From the NCBI GenBank assembly GCA_950097015.1, contig CATNEN010000003.1, positions 8,060,001-8,124,000 on the forward strand: 64,000 bases of DNA, in the 5' to 3' direction. The notes below the pieces were generated by a model. It saw nothing but the letters and a program-made list of their open reading frames with translations, was not told the origin of the DNA and did no database searches. Source of the stretch: Macrostomum hystrix (lineage: Eukaryota > Animalia > Platyhelminthes). Below are positions 1-12,631 of this stretch, in pieces. Every line of letters begins with the position of its first letter. The first letter of the stretch is position 1. Made by a program: the position numbers and the translations under genes.

Positions 1-278
1 TGTTATGAGGATGTAGCTGTTTGTTATGAGGATGTAACTGTTTGTTATGAGGATGTAGCTGTTTGTTATGAGGATGTAGCTGTTTGTTATGAGGATGTAA
101 CTGTTTGTTATGAGGATGTAGCTGTTTGTTATGAGGATGTAGCTGTTTGTTATGAGGATGTAGCTGTTTGTTATGAGGATGTAGCTGTTTGTTATGAGGA
201 TGTAGCTGTTTGTTATGAGGATGTAGCTGTTTGTTATGAGGATGTAATTGTTTGTCATGAGGATGTAATTGTTTGTGA
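1..278. repeat. 21-bp minisatellite (TGTTATGAGGATGTAGCTGTT)n, truncated by window edge
   Basis: About 13 tandem units directly visible. Confidence 0.95.
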
Positions 279-1845
279 TGACGGTTCGGTTTCTTTAGCT
301 AAGATGAAATTTAGATTTGTGTGTCATTGCTTTCGATTGAAATTTCAATTCAATAAATACAGTAGAGGCTGAGCTATTTCTAGACTTTAACAAATCAAAT
401 TCCGTGCTAAGCCTGGGGCTTTGGTTAATCTACTTAGGTTACATGCACTTCCACTGAGTGCTCAGTTCGGAAACTGTCTCCCAAGTGCAAAAGCCATTAG
501 ACACGCTTTTTTTCGACCCCATGATATGAGACCGAAACCTCCTATAATATATATGTTTAGTCCACTTCGCGAGGGCTGCACTACAGTGTAGGAGGGGGAG
601 TAGAAAAAATTAGGTTACAGTCGCTATGCGGATGAAATCTCGCATGTGCATGCATGTCCTACTGGTCACTCTAAACTTAGAGGCTGGGCCTTGTGTGTGG
701 GCGGAATGCCGCATCATCGCTTGCGCCCGCCAACCCTGGGGACAGGCTTCAGCGCGACACTCTTGAGATGGCACTCGTCTCCATCGAGCAAATCATCTTC
801 CTCATCCGTGTATAAGGAGGACAAATTTCCTGCACCCCCACGACATGTAGGACACAGGACACATAGTTCATCGGTCCCGCAATCTCGTTGTGGACTATAG
901 CAACTACTGGCTGCACGAGATGACAACTGAATAATTTGAATGCTAATTGCGAAAGAAAGGCATTAAGCATGGTGGCCACCAAGCTTGCAGAATTTCTGAT
1001 CCATTTCCAATGCCTCCACAGCAGTTCCACCAAACTGTATAGAGAACGAAGTCATCACAATCTCACTTGGCTGACAGAAATGACTGAATCACTGGCTCAT
1101 GTACTGATACAAACATATACAGACGCAAACTGTAGAACAGTTACTGACTAATTCTCTGTTTTACGATTGGGAATACTTTCTTTAAGCGTGGAAGAAATCG
1201 TTCAAGAGTACCCATCACTAAAAAGTGCTCGTGTACTTTTGGCTCTCAAGAATTCTACACCAGAAGTAGGTTTAGGACATCCTGTGCAATACAGAAAACT
1301 TCAACCGCACTTTTCTGATCTCCTTCTGCACATGTACTCTTTTAGCCAATTCAAGTTGCCTTGTTCCAGTCTCTCCTTTTAAATCCCATCTTTATTTCTC
1401 ATTGCTAGCTGTCGATTTCGATCCGACCCCTTGTGTGCTACTAAGTTTTCCGTTCAAACGCAATGGCTCTAGCAGACGGGGCAAGGAATTGGGCTACATT
1501 TTTAAACTAGAAGATTCTGGAAGGAAACAGACGAGGTTAAATTGTTTCGATTCCAAAAGTGAAAATAATTTGTTAAAATAAATATAGAAGCATGTCTGAT
1601 TGGTTGCTTCATGATAAATAGACGAAAAGAAAATGAAGATCAATTAATTATTCGCAAATGAAGTTTTCTAAAATTCGTTGAAAAACACGATTTGCGAGAT
1701 ATAGTAGAAGAAAAGCATTGATGTGAAAGAATGTGAAAAACGTGTAAATTTCCTATCCCGCTAGTGCATTTTTCTGTGAAAATCAGCCTTTAATAAAATT
1801 TTTCTAAGAAACGAAGTGTTCCGTCCTTCTTCCTCTTGTGGTCCT

Positions 1846-1952
1846 TGTGCCTGACGATGAGAAAAACAGGGCAGATGTACACACCTCACTGGCTACGGGT
1901 CTACCGTCACAAAATGATGTACCAGTACCTTCTGCAGCTATTATTATTATTT
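1846..1952 (+). mobile_element. 3' fragment of tRNA-derived SINE family
   Basis: GCCTGACGATGAGAAA..CAGGGCAGATGTACAC, CTGGCT..GGGTCTA..GTCAC.AAATGATGT and a (TTA)n tail match the fuller copies at 23.1 kb and 28.5 kb. Confidence 0.75.
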
Positions 1953-2761
1953 TTATAAATGAAATCGATTTAATACACTTAAGATTTACAATCATCCAAT
2001 TGCGACAGAATTCGACAAAACGTTGCAACCTTGAAGTTCAGCAGACAATTCTAAACGTATCCTTTAGGCTATAAAAGGTAGGCTTTGTTTGCAACCTTGT
2101 TCTGAACGCAGCTTCCAAAACGGTTTCAGGGTTATTCCTCTAAGGCAGCAGAATATTCGTTTATGGCTACGCATATCTTCGAAGCTTCTAGCTGCAACCG
2201 ATTCTCTTGTTTAGTTGTTTGGTCAGGCATTTGTGGTGTTTAAAAGTGCATCGCATTAGCTTAAGCATCACTCGATGAAGGATAACCAATGGTCATTCTT
2301 CTATCTAGTCTAGTTTATCTGCTTATGCTTGCATAGGGGAAATTCAATAGTACAAAACGTATTCGATAAAAGTACATCATCAAGCTGGGAATTCTTCGCA
2401 ACCGACTATGAAAACCGGCGTCTATTTTATCACCTTGATGACAAATTCAGAATCCCATTGTCACTGCTTTCTAGATTAATATTACACTCATGGTATACGA
2501 AGTTTCATTATAAACTAGCTTCTACATTGTTGAATGGAAAGCCATTCTTAAGACGAAAACTGCGACTACGACGTGGGCGGGGGTGGAGAGCTAAAAATAG
2601 AACAACTTTTATAAGTGTGCTGCCATTCAGTGCCAGTGCCAGCAACAACTGGCTCTGGTACGAGTAAAATTTTGGGTCCACGGACTGAACAGTTGCCAAG
2701 ATGTAATTCGATTTGAAATGGAAATGAAAGTGCTGAAAAAACTGCTTAAGACTCTACTCAC

Positions 2762-5249
2762 TCCTGGTGTACAGAGCCAGCGGTGCAGTTGTGAGCATGA
2801 CAATCAGAGGCTGACCACCAAATAGAGAAAATGCGATTCCAGCAATGCTCTGAGAGAGGATCACGCGTTGTACAGCTGAAAGTTTGAATTTTCGCTTTAA
2901 TAAAGATTGTTTTATAGAATTTTTGATGCTAGTTATAATTAATACTATCTGGAATAATTTAGACAACCAATCTAAAAGAGCGATAACTCACTAATTTTGC
3001 CTCCAGTTTGGTTGTCATTCAGGACGCCAAACGCAATGCTGGGCATTAGGCAGGCAAAGTACAGAAACGTGATGGCGGACATTAATTTACGCAGGGTTGT
3101 GTTGCCTCGAAAGCCTATAGAAAAGTACGAAAAATAACGAAGACGAATTATAACTATAAGGGTACAGAATAGGGTAGAAATTTTATTAAACTGAACTAAC
3201 CATCCGTGTAGTCCGAAGGATAGTGGGGCAGTCTGCGTTTAAAATCTGCTCTGATTCCATTGCAGAGAGGCCACGTGCTGTCCTGTAATTGAGGTGCAGT
3301 GTGAGACGAAAACACGTCAGCTTGTTGCAGGAATCGAATGTCAAGAATACCTAACCGGTACGTCTAGATAAGCTAGGTTTATTATTTTTAATTGTAGAAA
3401 GATTTCAACAAGTATTTCAAATACCCGCATTTTTTCTGTATCTTCTAAAATATTAAATCCAGAATACGGGCTAAAATTTTCGCTCTATCCGATGAATCAA
3501 CGTCCAGTATCACAAAACATCGCATCGTCGAGATAAACGATTCTAGTCGGGGTGTATGGGGGCAAAAACCACAAGATTTTATCACGTTATCATGCCGGCT
3601 GCGATTAAGATTACGATTATGATTAAGATACCTGAGGCTTCTATAACTCACAATGGATCAGTGGTCAGGGTGGTAACGGGTCCGACCCTCGCACTAATGT
3701 CCCAGAACATTGTTTCAAAATAAATATTTTCCAACCATCTTTCTTTATCACTCACGTAGCTAAAGGCCTGCGACATGAAGTCCTTCGTACGCAGGCTCTT
3801 TCGCCTATAGATCTTCTGCTCCTCGCCAAGGTCCTGCGCGTGGCCCTGCAGCATCTCCTTGAACTCGGTCTCGTTTTCAGCTAGCAGAAGGCGCTGACGA
3901 AACTCGCTGTCGGCTAGTATTGTGGCGAAGGTTCTACCAAGTTCGATGTCACTTTTAGTGCCTTTCTGTACGAATGGTCAAACATGTCATGTTTGTATGC
4001 TTGTTTGTTTAACGAAAAATGCGTATCAGAAAATATTTTCCGACCTCCTTGGTCGGTGTGACCACCAGCAGTACGAAGTAGACACCTTCAGATGATCGGC
4101 CCAGGTTCACAGGACTGGCTAGTCTGGCAATGGCTACGTGACGCTTGTGGACTCCGTTCAGAGAACACCTGCGGTTTGAGTTGGTTTTAAAAGTATATTA
4201 TCCTATTTAAGTTATTCTCATCTGCAGAACAACGCATCGTATTAAAAAATCTATCGCGACTCACATTGTGCATAGCCAGCTATTGTCGGTGATCAAGCCT
4301 TCGTTATCAATCACCGATATACTCTTGATTGTCTTTGCCAAACGTTGATCTGCAATCAACCAATAGGGTACGAGTGCCTTTTGTTTTTTTAACTCAAAAT
4401 ATCCGTATTTGCAGGAGGTCTTTTATTCTGCTGATTATTTTCATCTATTCGAGTTTTGATAATTTAATCACTCAAAAGCCTATAATTTATACTCAATGCT
4501 GGACAAAGTGTTACACAGCAGGCGTACAGGTGTAGTCGAGCCAGGAGGCCTGCAAGAACAGTGTCTTCTTCGCCTCCTGGACCTTGGCGTCTAGCCAGTT
4601 GGTGCTCTCAGCCTCGTCTCGACTAGAATGAGCCTCTTGGTCTGCTCTAAAGATGGACTGGAGCATCTTCTCAACGATGCACTCGATGTTGGCGCCCTCA
4701 AGGTCTAGCAGCAGGGTGGCCTCCTTGAGGAAGCGCTCAATATCTAGGTTGGCGCGCACTTCACTGCTGAAGTCTTTCAGCGGGATTTTCTGAGACAAAG
4801 TTGACATGTTGAAAACTCTATGCCGTCTGTCAAATGGGTAAGGCTAGAAGCAATCATCAAAACAATTCAGTTTTTGAACTCACCTCCAATCTGGACACAA
4901 CAAGACATGGAAGCGATTCGTCTGAAAATTTAATTTAAAGAAAGCCTTGTATTTCCATGAAAGTCAGTAAGCCGTAAAACTGAAAATATAAACTTGTCTT
5001 TTCATTAAAAAAGCACGCATTTTCATTCAAGCCAAGCTGCACGTCAGCCACGTTACAATTAGCCAATCGTGAAGTCATTCGGTGAAGCCCCGGCTGCATC
5101 AAGCCATCCATGCCGATGACGGCGCCAACACCAACGCTGCCGCCATCGCCACCGCCGCCGCCGCAGCCGCCAAGAGTGCTAAGTCCATCGCCGTTCCATT
5201 CGATGGAACAGTCGTCACTGACGACGCTCTGTACTCGATGAAGTTCCAT
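2762..5249 (-). CDS. SLC4A11: SLC4A11/BOR1-like transporter (SLC4 family), N-terminal cytoplasmic domain and first TM segments; 3' part lies outside the window
   Basis: Phase-consistent GT-AG exons on the minus strand: 5249-4994 (start and donor tentative), 4921-4884, 4843-4528, 4349-4265, 4168-4045, 3965-3756, 3282-3201, 3114-2992, 2875-2762. The translation includes KDFSSEVRANLDIERFL, NSWLCTMCSLNGVHKRHVAIARL, KGTKSDIELGRTFATILADSEFRQRLL, GIRADFKRRLPHYPSDYTDG, FLYFACLMPSIAFGVLND and FGGQPLIVMLTTAPLALY. These match SLC4A11 motifs as I recall them. Confidence 0.88.
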
Positions 5250-6660
5250 TTGTAGCTGACTTCTCAACTCAACCCGAACGATGCGTCTAGGACTGCATTT
5301 GTTCGATTTGAAAACAAACTTCCACAATGGCGAAGATTGTTCTTGACTCCGCAAATGTCGGACACAAAGTAGGTTTATCGAGTGCGAGAAAGGAAATTTA
5401 ATGACGCTGGTGAGGATTCCGGATTTTGGGAAAGGGATTCCGTGGAATGAGGATGCCGCTACACCGGCTGCACTGGCCAATCATTGCCACCAACGTTAGA
5501 GGCTTAGTTTAAATAGTAACAAATGCTTATCATACTACTGACGATGCGCTGCGCGCCTTTGCGAGAATCCGATTGCTTGCCAGACAAGATTTATGACAGA
5601 AATTTGTGCTGAAGAAGTTTAATACTATACTATCAAGTTTGAAGCTTGTCTATCGATTGTCCCTGTCCGTTTACTATAAAGCTAACGAGTAACTTGACTG
5701 ATTGTACACTACCCTTAGCACTTGCGCTAGGAATGAATATTTCATTACATTGGTTGTAAATCTTGTTGCATGCTCCAATCAGTATGTGCGCTAATGCGCT
5801 TGCGTTTGGTTGCTAATTCGGTATCGGCGAAGTAATAAAAGAGATTCCATTTCTGCTTCCACTCTAGCCGCTTAGCAACACAGTTGAAGGGTCACGGCAG
5901 AGAGAAGACAAATAAACCTTTCCAGATTTCTCAGAATTCGTTCCCCCTAGAAACTTTTTTGTTTAGGAAATGTACTTTTAGATTGCTCCTGCCAGTCATC
6001 CGTATATTGGCACTTTAGTTGGCAGGCTGCTAAACTGTTAGATATTTTGCAAGACACTTAACTGTCCGCATTAGCTGGGGTAATTGAGGGTGGATGTTAC
6101 GTCGTCTCCCCCAGTCCATGGACTGAACAGCGGTACACAGACTTCAGATGCGCAGCGCAATTGCTGCGGCTGTGACACTGGCTAGAATCTAGCCTAAATG
6201 TTATGAAGTGTTTTAAACAGTTTGACTGTGCTAAAAATGTAGTATATTTTTCATCTTAGTAATATCGTAACAAACTACTTGTGTACCGGAAGTGAGTAGC
6301 ATATAATGCTAATTTTATTTACAAAATTTTACTAGAAAATGAATTGAAGCGAGATATGATAACACTTGGCAAGAAAATTGATTTCAAGGTTATCTGAAAA
6401 AAATAATTCCTGCATAAAATGACATGATAGAAAACTGTAGAAGGAAAAATGGATTAGGAACACACAAAAAGATCCGCTAATGACTGAATCGCATCTGCAT
6501 CATTAACCTATGTGGTCTTATTTGAATCCCTAGAGTCCATACAATAACATAGTTTGCTCATGTCTCGCTTTCCATTGCCTTTTGCACTCTAAGAAATACA
6601 GAATACAGTTTCCTTAGACTGACTTGTGTTCAGATACAGACTGTTACTCAGACACCGACA

Positions 6661-9600
6661 GACTGAGAGACTGAGAGACTGCATGGGAGAGACTGGGAGA
6701 GAATGAGAGAGAATGAGAGACTAACAGAGACAGAGAGACTGAGAGAGACTGAGAGAGACTGTGAGAGACTGTGAGAGACTGAGAGGGACTGAGAGAGACT
6801 GAGAGAGACTGAGAGACTAACAGAGACAGAGAGACTGAGAGAGACTGAGAGAGACTGTGAGAGACTGTGAGAGACTGAGAGAGACTGAGAGAGACTGAGA
6901 GACTGAGAGAGACTGAGAGAGACTGTGAGAGACTGAGAGAGACTGAGAGAGACTGAGAGAGACTGAGAGAGACTGATAGAGACTTAGAGACTGAGAGAGA
7001 CTGAGAGAGACTGAGAGACACTGAGAGAGACTGAGAAAGACTGAGAGACTGAGAGAGACTGAGAGAGACTGAGAGAGACTGAGAGAGACTAACAGAGACA
7101 GAGAGACTGAGAGAGACTGAGAGAGACTGTGAGAGACTGAGAGAGACTGAGAGAGACTGAGAGACTAACAGAGACAGAGAGACTGAGAGAGACTGAGAGA
7201 GACTGTGAGAGACTGAGAGAGACTGAGAGAGACTGAGAGAGACTGAGAGAGACTGATAGAGACTTAGAGACTGAGAGAGACTGAGAGAGACTGAGAGACA
7301 CTGAGAGAGACTGAGAAAGACTGAGAGACTGAGAGAGACTGAGAGAGACTGAGAGACTGAGAGAGACTGAGAGAGACTAAGAGAGACTGTGAGAGACTGA
7401 GAGAGACTGAGAGAGACTGAGAGAGACTGAGAGAGACTGAGAGACTGAGAGAGACTGAGAGAGACTGAGAGAGACTGAGAGAGACTGAGAGAGACTGAGA
7501 GAGACTGAGAGAGACTGAGAGAGACTAAGAGAGACTGAGAGAGACTGAGAGAGACTGAGAGAGACTGAGAGAGACTGAGAGAGACTGAGAGAGACTGAGA
7601 GACACTGAGAGAGACTAAGAGAGACTGAGAGAGACTGAGAGAGACTGAGAGAGACTGAGAGAGACTGAGAGAGACTGAGAGAGACTGAGAGAGACTAAGA
7701 GAGACTGAGAGAGACTGAGAGACTGAGAGAGACTGAGAGAGACTGAGAGAGACTGAGAGAGACTGAGAGAGACTGAGAGAGACTGAGAGAGACTGAGAGA
7801 GACTGAGAGAGACTGAGAGACTGAGAGAGACTGAGAGAGACTAAGAGAGACTGTGAGAGACTGAGAGAGACTGAGAGAGACTGAGAGAGACTGAGAGAGA
7901 CTGAGAGAGACTGAGAGAGACTGAGAGAGACTGAGAGACTGAGAGAGACTGAGAGAGACTGAGAGAGACTGAGAGAGACTGAGAGAGACTGAGAGAGACT
8001 GAGAGAGACTGTGAGAGACTGAGAGAGACTAAGAGAGACTGAGAGAGACTGAGAGAGACTGAGAGACTGAGAGAGACTGAGAGAGACTAAGAGAGACTGT
8101 GAGAGACTGAGAGAGACTGAGAGAGACTGAGAGAGACTGAGAGAGACTGAGAGAGACTGAGAGAGACTGAGAGAGACTGAGAGACTGAGAGAGACTGAGA
8201 GAGACTGTGAGAGACTGAGAGAGACTGAGAGACTGAGAGAGACTGAGAGAGACTGAGAGAGACTGAGAGAGACTGAGAGAGACTGTGAGAGACTGAGAGA
8301 GACTGAGAGAGACTGAGAGAGACTGAGAGAGACTGAGAGAGACTGAGAGAGACTGAGAGAGACTGAGAGAGACTGAGAGAGACTGAGAGACTGAGAGAGA
8401 CTGAGAGAGACTAAGAGAGACTGTGAGAGACTGAGAGAGACTGAGAGAGACTGAGAGAGACTGAGAAAGACTGAGAGAGACTGAGAGACTGAGAGAGACT
8501 GAGAGAGACTAAGAGAGACTGTGAGAGACTGAGAGAGACTGAGAGAGACTGAGAGAGACTGAGAGAGACTGAGAGAGACTGAGAGAGACTGAGAGAGACT
8601 GAGAGAGACTGAGAGACTGAGAGAGACTGAGAGAGACTGAGAGAGACTGAGAGAGACTGAGAGAGACTGAGAGAGACTGAGAGAGACTGTGAGAGACTGA
8701 GAGAGACTGAGAGACACTGAGAGAGACTGAGAGAGACTGAGAGACTGAGAGAGACTGAGAGAGACTGAGAGAGACTGAGAGAGACTAACAGAGACAGAGA
8801 GACTGAGAGAGACTGAGAGAGACTGTGAGAGACTGAGAGAGACTGAGAGAGACTGAGAGACTAACAGAGACAGAGAGACTGAGAGAGACTGAGAGAGACT
8901 GTGAGAGACTGAGAGAGACTGAGAGAGACTGAGAGAGACTGAGAGAGACTGATAGAGACTTAGAGACTGAGAGAGACTGAGAGAGACTGAGAGACACTGA
9001 GAGAGACTGAGAAAGACTGAGAGACTGAGAGAGACTGAGAGAGACTGAGAGACTGAGAGAGACTGAGAGAGACTAAGAGAGACTGTGAGAGACTGAGAGA
9101 GACTGAGAGAGACTGAGAGAGACTGAGAGAGACTGAGAGACTGAGAGAGACTGAGAGAGACTGAGAGAGACTGAGAGAGACTGAGAGAGACTGAGAGAGA
9201 CTGAGAGAGACTGAGAGAGACTGAGAGAGACTGAGAGAGACTGAGAGAGACTGAGAGAGACTGAGAGAGACTGAGAGAGACTGAGAGAGACTGAGAGACA
9301 CTGAGAGAGACTAAGAGAGACTGAGAGAGACTGAGAGAGACTGAGAGAGACTAAGAGAGACTGTGAGAGACTGAGAGAGACTGAGAGAGACTGAGAGAGA
9401 CTGAGAGAGACTGAGAGACTGAGAGAGACTGAGAGAGACTGAGAGAGACTGAGAGAGACTGAGAGAGACTGAGAGAGACTGAGAGAGACTGAGAGAGACT
9501 GAGAGAGACTGAGAGACTGAGAGAGACTGAGAGAGACTAAGAGAGACTGTGAGAGACTGAGAGAGACTGAGAGAGACTGAGAGAGACTGAGAGAGACTGA

Positions 9601-9888
9601 GAGAGACTGAGAGAGACTGAGAGAGACTGAGAGAGACTGAGAGAGACTGTGAGAGACTGAGAGAGACTGAGAGAGACTGAGAGAGACTGAGAGAGACTGA
9701 GAGACTGAGAGAGACTGAGAGACTGAGAGAGACTGAGAGAGACTGAGAGAGACTGAGAGAGACTAAGAGAGACTGTGAGAGACTGAGAGAGACTGAGAGA
9801 CACTGAGAGAGACTGAGAGAGACTGAGAGACTGAGAGAGACTGAGAGAGACTAAGAGAGACTGTGAGAGACTGAGAGACTGAGAGGGA
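6661..9888. repeat. (GAGAGAGACT)n / (GAGAGACT)n satellite with higher-order duplications
   Basis: Directly visible. An identical block recurs at 7089-7301 and 8785-8997 (offset 1696). Confidence 0.97.
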
Positions 9889-10391
9889 GGCAGAGAAAGA
9901 AGGAGATATACTGATAGATTGTGAAATATATAAAGGAGAAGATTTAAAAACGAAAGAGATTGTAAATTTCGATGAGATTTGAGAATAAAAAAAATGTTCT
10001 TACTCAAAGCCGCAGGAAAGTCATACTTTATTTATTCATCACACATGAAGCTAGAATATTTGATGTCAAGGATTCAAGGGGTGAATATCATGAAGTGACG
10101 AGCAAGGTTTTGAATCTTTAGACTGTATCCAATATCCTTCTGCAGGTGAATTCTCCCAATAAGATTCGCCCACCTTTTTTGCGTGCCTCGCTCTATTTCT
10201 CTTAGGAGTAGTCACGCTTCTTAAATCCCAGTTTGCCATAGATCCCATACCTGCTTGCAGCGAGTATTAAAAAAGGGGTAGAAACGCTAGCAGACATATG
10301 CGTGACAAATCGACTGTCAGGTCAATATCCCTTCCGCTGTGCGCTTTACTGAATCCTCATACCCATCTTTCTGACTTTGTGCATCTCGTCT

Positions 10392-12058
10392 GATCTCTCC
10401 CGTGTCTCCTCTCTCCTGTGTCTCCTCTCTCCCGTGTCTTATCTCTCCCATGTCTCATATCTCCCTTGTCTCATCTCTCTCGTGTCTCATACCTCCCATG
10501 TCTCATCTCTCCCGTGTCTCCTCTCTCCCGTGTCTCCTCTCTCCCGTGTCTCATCTCTCCCGTGTCTTATCTCTCCCGTGTCTCATCTCTCCCGTGTCTT
10601 ATCTCTCCCGTGTCTTATCTCTCCCGTGTCTTATCTCTCCCGTGTCTTATCTCTCCCGTGTCTCATCTCTCTCGTGTCTTATCTCTCCCGTGTCTCATCT
10701 CTCCCGTGTCTTATCTCTCCCATGTCTCATATCTCCCGTGTCTCCTCCCGTGTCTCCACTCTCCCGTGTCTCCTCTCTCACGTGTCTCCTCTCTCCCGTG
10801 TCTCGTCTCTCCCGTGTCTCCTCTCTCCCGTGTCTCCTCTCTCCCGTGTCTTATCTCTCCCATGTCTCATATCTCCCGTGTCTCATCTCTCTCGTGTCTC
10901 ATATCTCCCGTGTCTCCTCTCTCCCGTGTCTCGTCTCTCCCGTGTCTCCTCTCTCCCGTGTCTCCTCTCTCCCGTGTCTCCTCTCTCACGTGTCTCCTCT
11001 CTCCCGTGTCTCGTCTCTCCCGTGTCTCCTCTCTCCCGTGTCTCCTCTCTCCCGTGTCTTATCTCTCCCATGTCTCATATCTCCCGTGTCTCATCTCTCT
11101 CGTGTCTCATATTTCCCGTGTCTCCTCTCTCCCGTGTCTCGTCTCTCCCGTGTCTCCTCTCTCCCGTGTCTCCTCTCTCCCGTGTCTTATCTCTCCCATG
11201 TCTCATATCTCCCGTGTCTCATCTCTCTCGTGTCTCATATCTCCCGTGTCTCCTCTCTCCCGTGTCTCGTCTCTCCCGTGTCTCCTCTCTCCCGTGTCTC
11301 CTCTCTCCCGTGTCTCCTCTCTCACGTGTCTCCTCTCTCCCGTGTCTCGTCTCTCCCGTGTCTCCTCTCTCCCGTGTCTCCTCTCTCCCGTGTCTTATCT
11401 CTCCCATGTCTCATATCTCCCGTGTCTCATCTCTCTCGTGTCTCATCTCTCCCGTGTCTCCTCTCTCCCGTGTCTCGTCTCTCCCGTGTCTCCTCTCTCC
11501 CGTGTCTCCTCTCTCCCGTGTCTCATCTCTCCCGTGTCTCATCTCTCCCTTGACTCATATCTCCCGTATCTTATCTCTCCCGTGTCTCATCTCTCCCTTG
11601 ACTCATATCTCCCGTATCTTATCTCTCCCGTGTCTCATCTCTCCCGTGTCTCATATCTCCCGTGTCTCATCTCTCTCGTGTCTTATCTCTCCCGTGTCTC
11701 ATCTCTCTCGTGTCTCATCTCTCTCGTGTCTTATCTCTCCCGTGTCTTATCTCTCCCGTGTCTCATCTCTCCCGTGTCTCATCTCTCCCTTGACTCATAT
11801 CTCCCGTATCTTATCTCTCCCGTGTCTCATCTCTCCCTTGACTCATATCTCCCGTATCTTATCTCTCCCGTGTCTCATCTCTCCCGTGTCTCATATCTCC
11901 CGTGTCTCATCTCTCTCGTGTCTTATCTCTCCCGTGTCTCATCTCTCTCGTGTCTCATCTCTCTCGTGTCTTATCTCTCCCGTGTCTTATCTCTCCTTTG
12001 ACTCATATCTCCCGTATCTTATCTCTCCCGTGTCTCATCTCACCCGTGTCTCATCTCG
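10392..12058. repeat. 18-bp pyrimidine-rich minisatellite (CTCTCCCGTGTCTCATCT-type)
   Basis: Directly visible. A 336-bp higher-order repeat is seen (10883-11071 vs 11219-11407). Confidence 0.97.
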
Positions 12059-12631
12059 TTTTCCCATTATCCCGTTTTGAATGCGCCTCCCCAGCCCAGA
12101 ATCTTTAATCTCAAACTTATAAATTTTGTCTTTACCTATGCTCTAAACTTTCCCTAGCGTGGGCTTCTTAATCCATTTCATTCCTATCGTAAGCCTGAGT
12201 TAATCTAATTTCTAGCTCTATCCCGATGCACTCGCTTGGTCAGGAAGTTAAGCTTCTTAGACTTGCGGCTCTGAAGCATTTGGAGGGCTTCAGGCTCCAT
12301 AGGAAACTTTTTTCAGCCAGCCTGACTGACCGCTGCTTCTAAGACAGGAAGCATAGCGAAAACCTGCCTACCTTGACTACAGGCAACTCTACATAGCTAT
12401 ATTGGGATAATTTTCGGGACAACGCCCAGTAGAATGGTTGATATGGTGATATTATATCGTAGAGCTCATCCTTTATTCCTTTTTTCTCTCGTCCTGACTG
12501 AAATGTGTTATAAGAAGAAGAAAATTAAAAAATAATAAATCATCACGCTTAAATAGATTGAAAATCTCCCAGCCGTGCCGCCTGCTGCTTCCTGTACTTT
12601 TCTTTCTCTGCCGGTGCACATATTTTTATTC

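Noticed and set aside
646-1151. ORFs at 0.6-1.15 kb as further SLC4A11 exons
   Set aside because: The translations do not resemble the expected next SLC4A11 segments; left unassigned.
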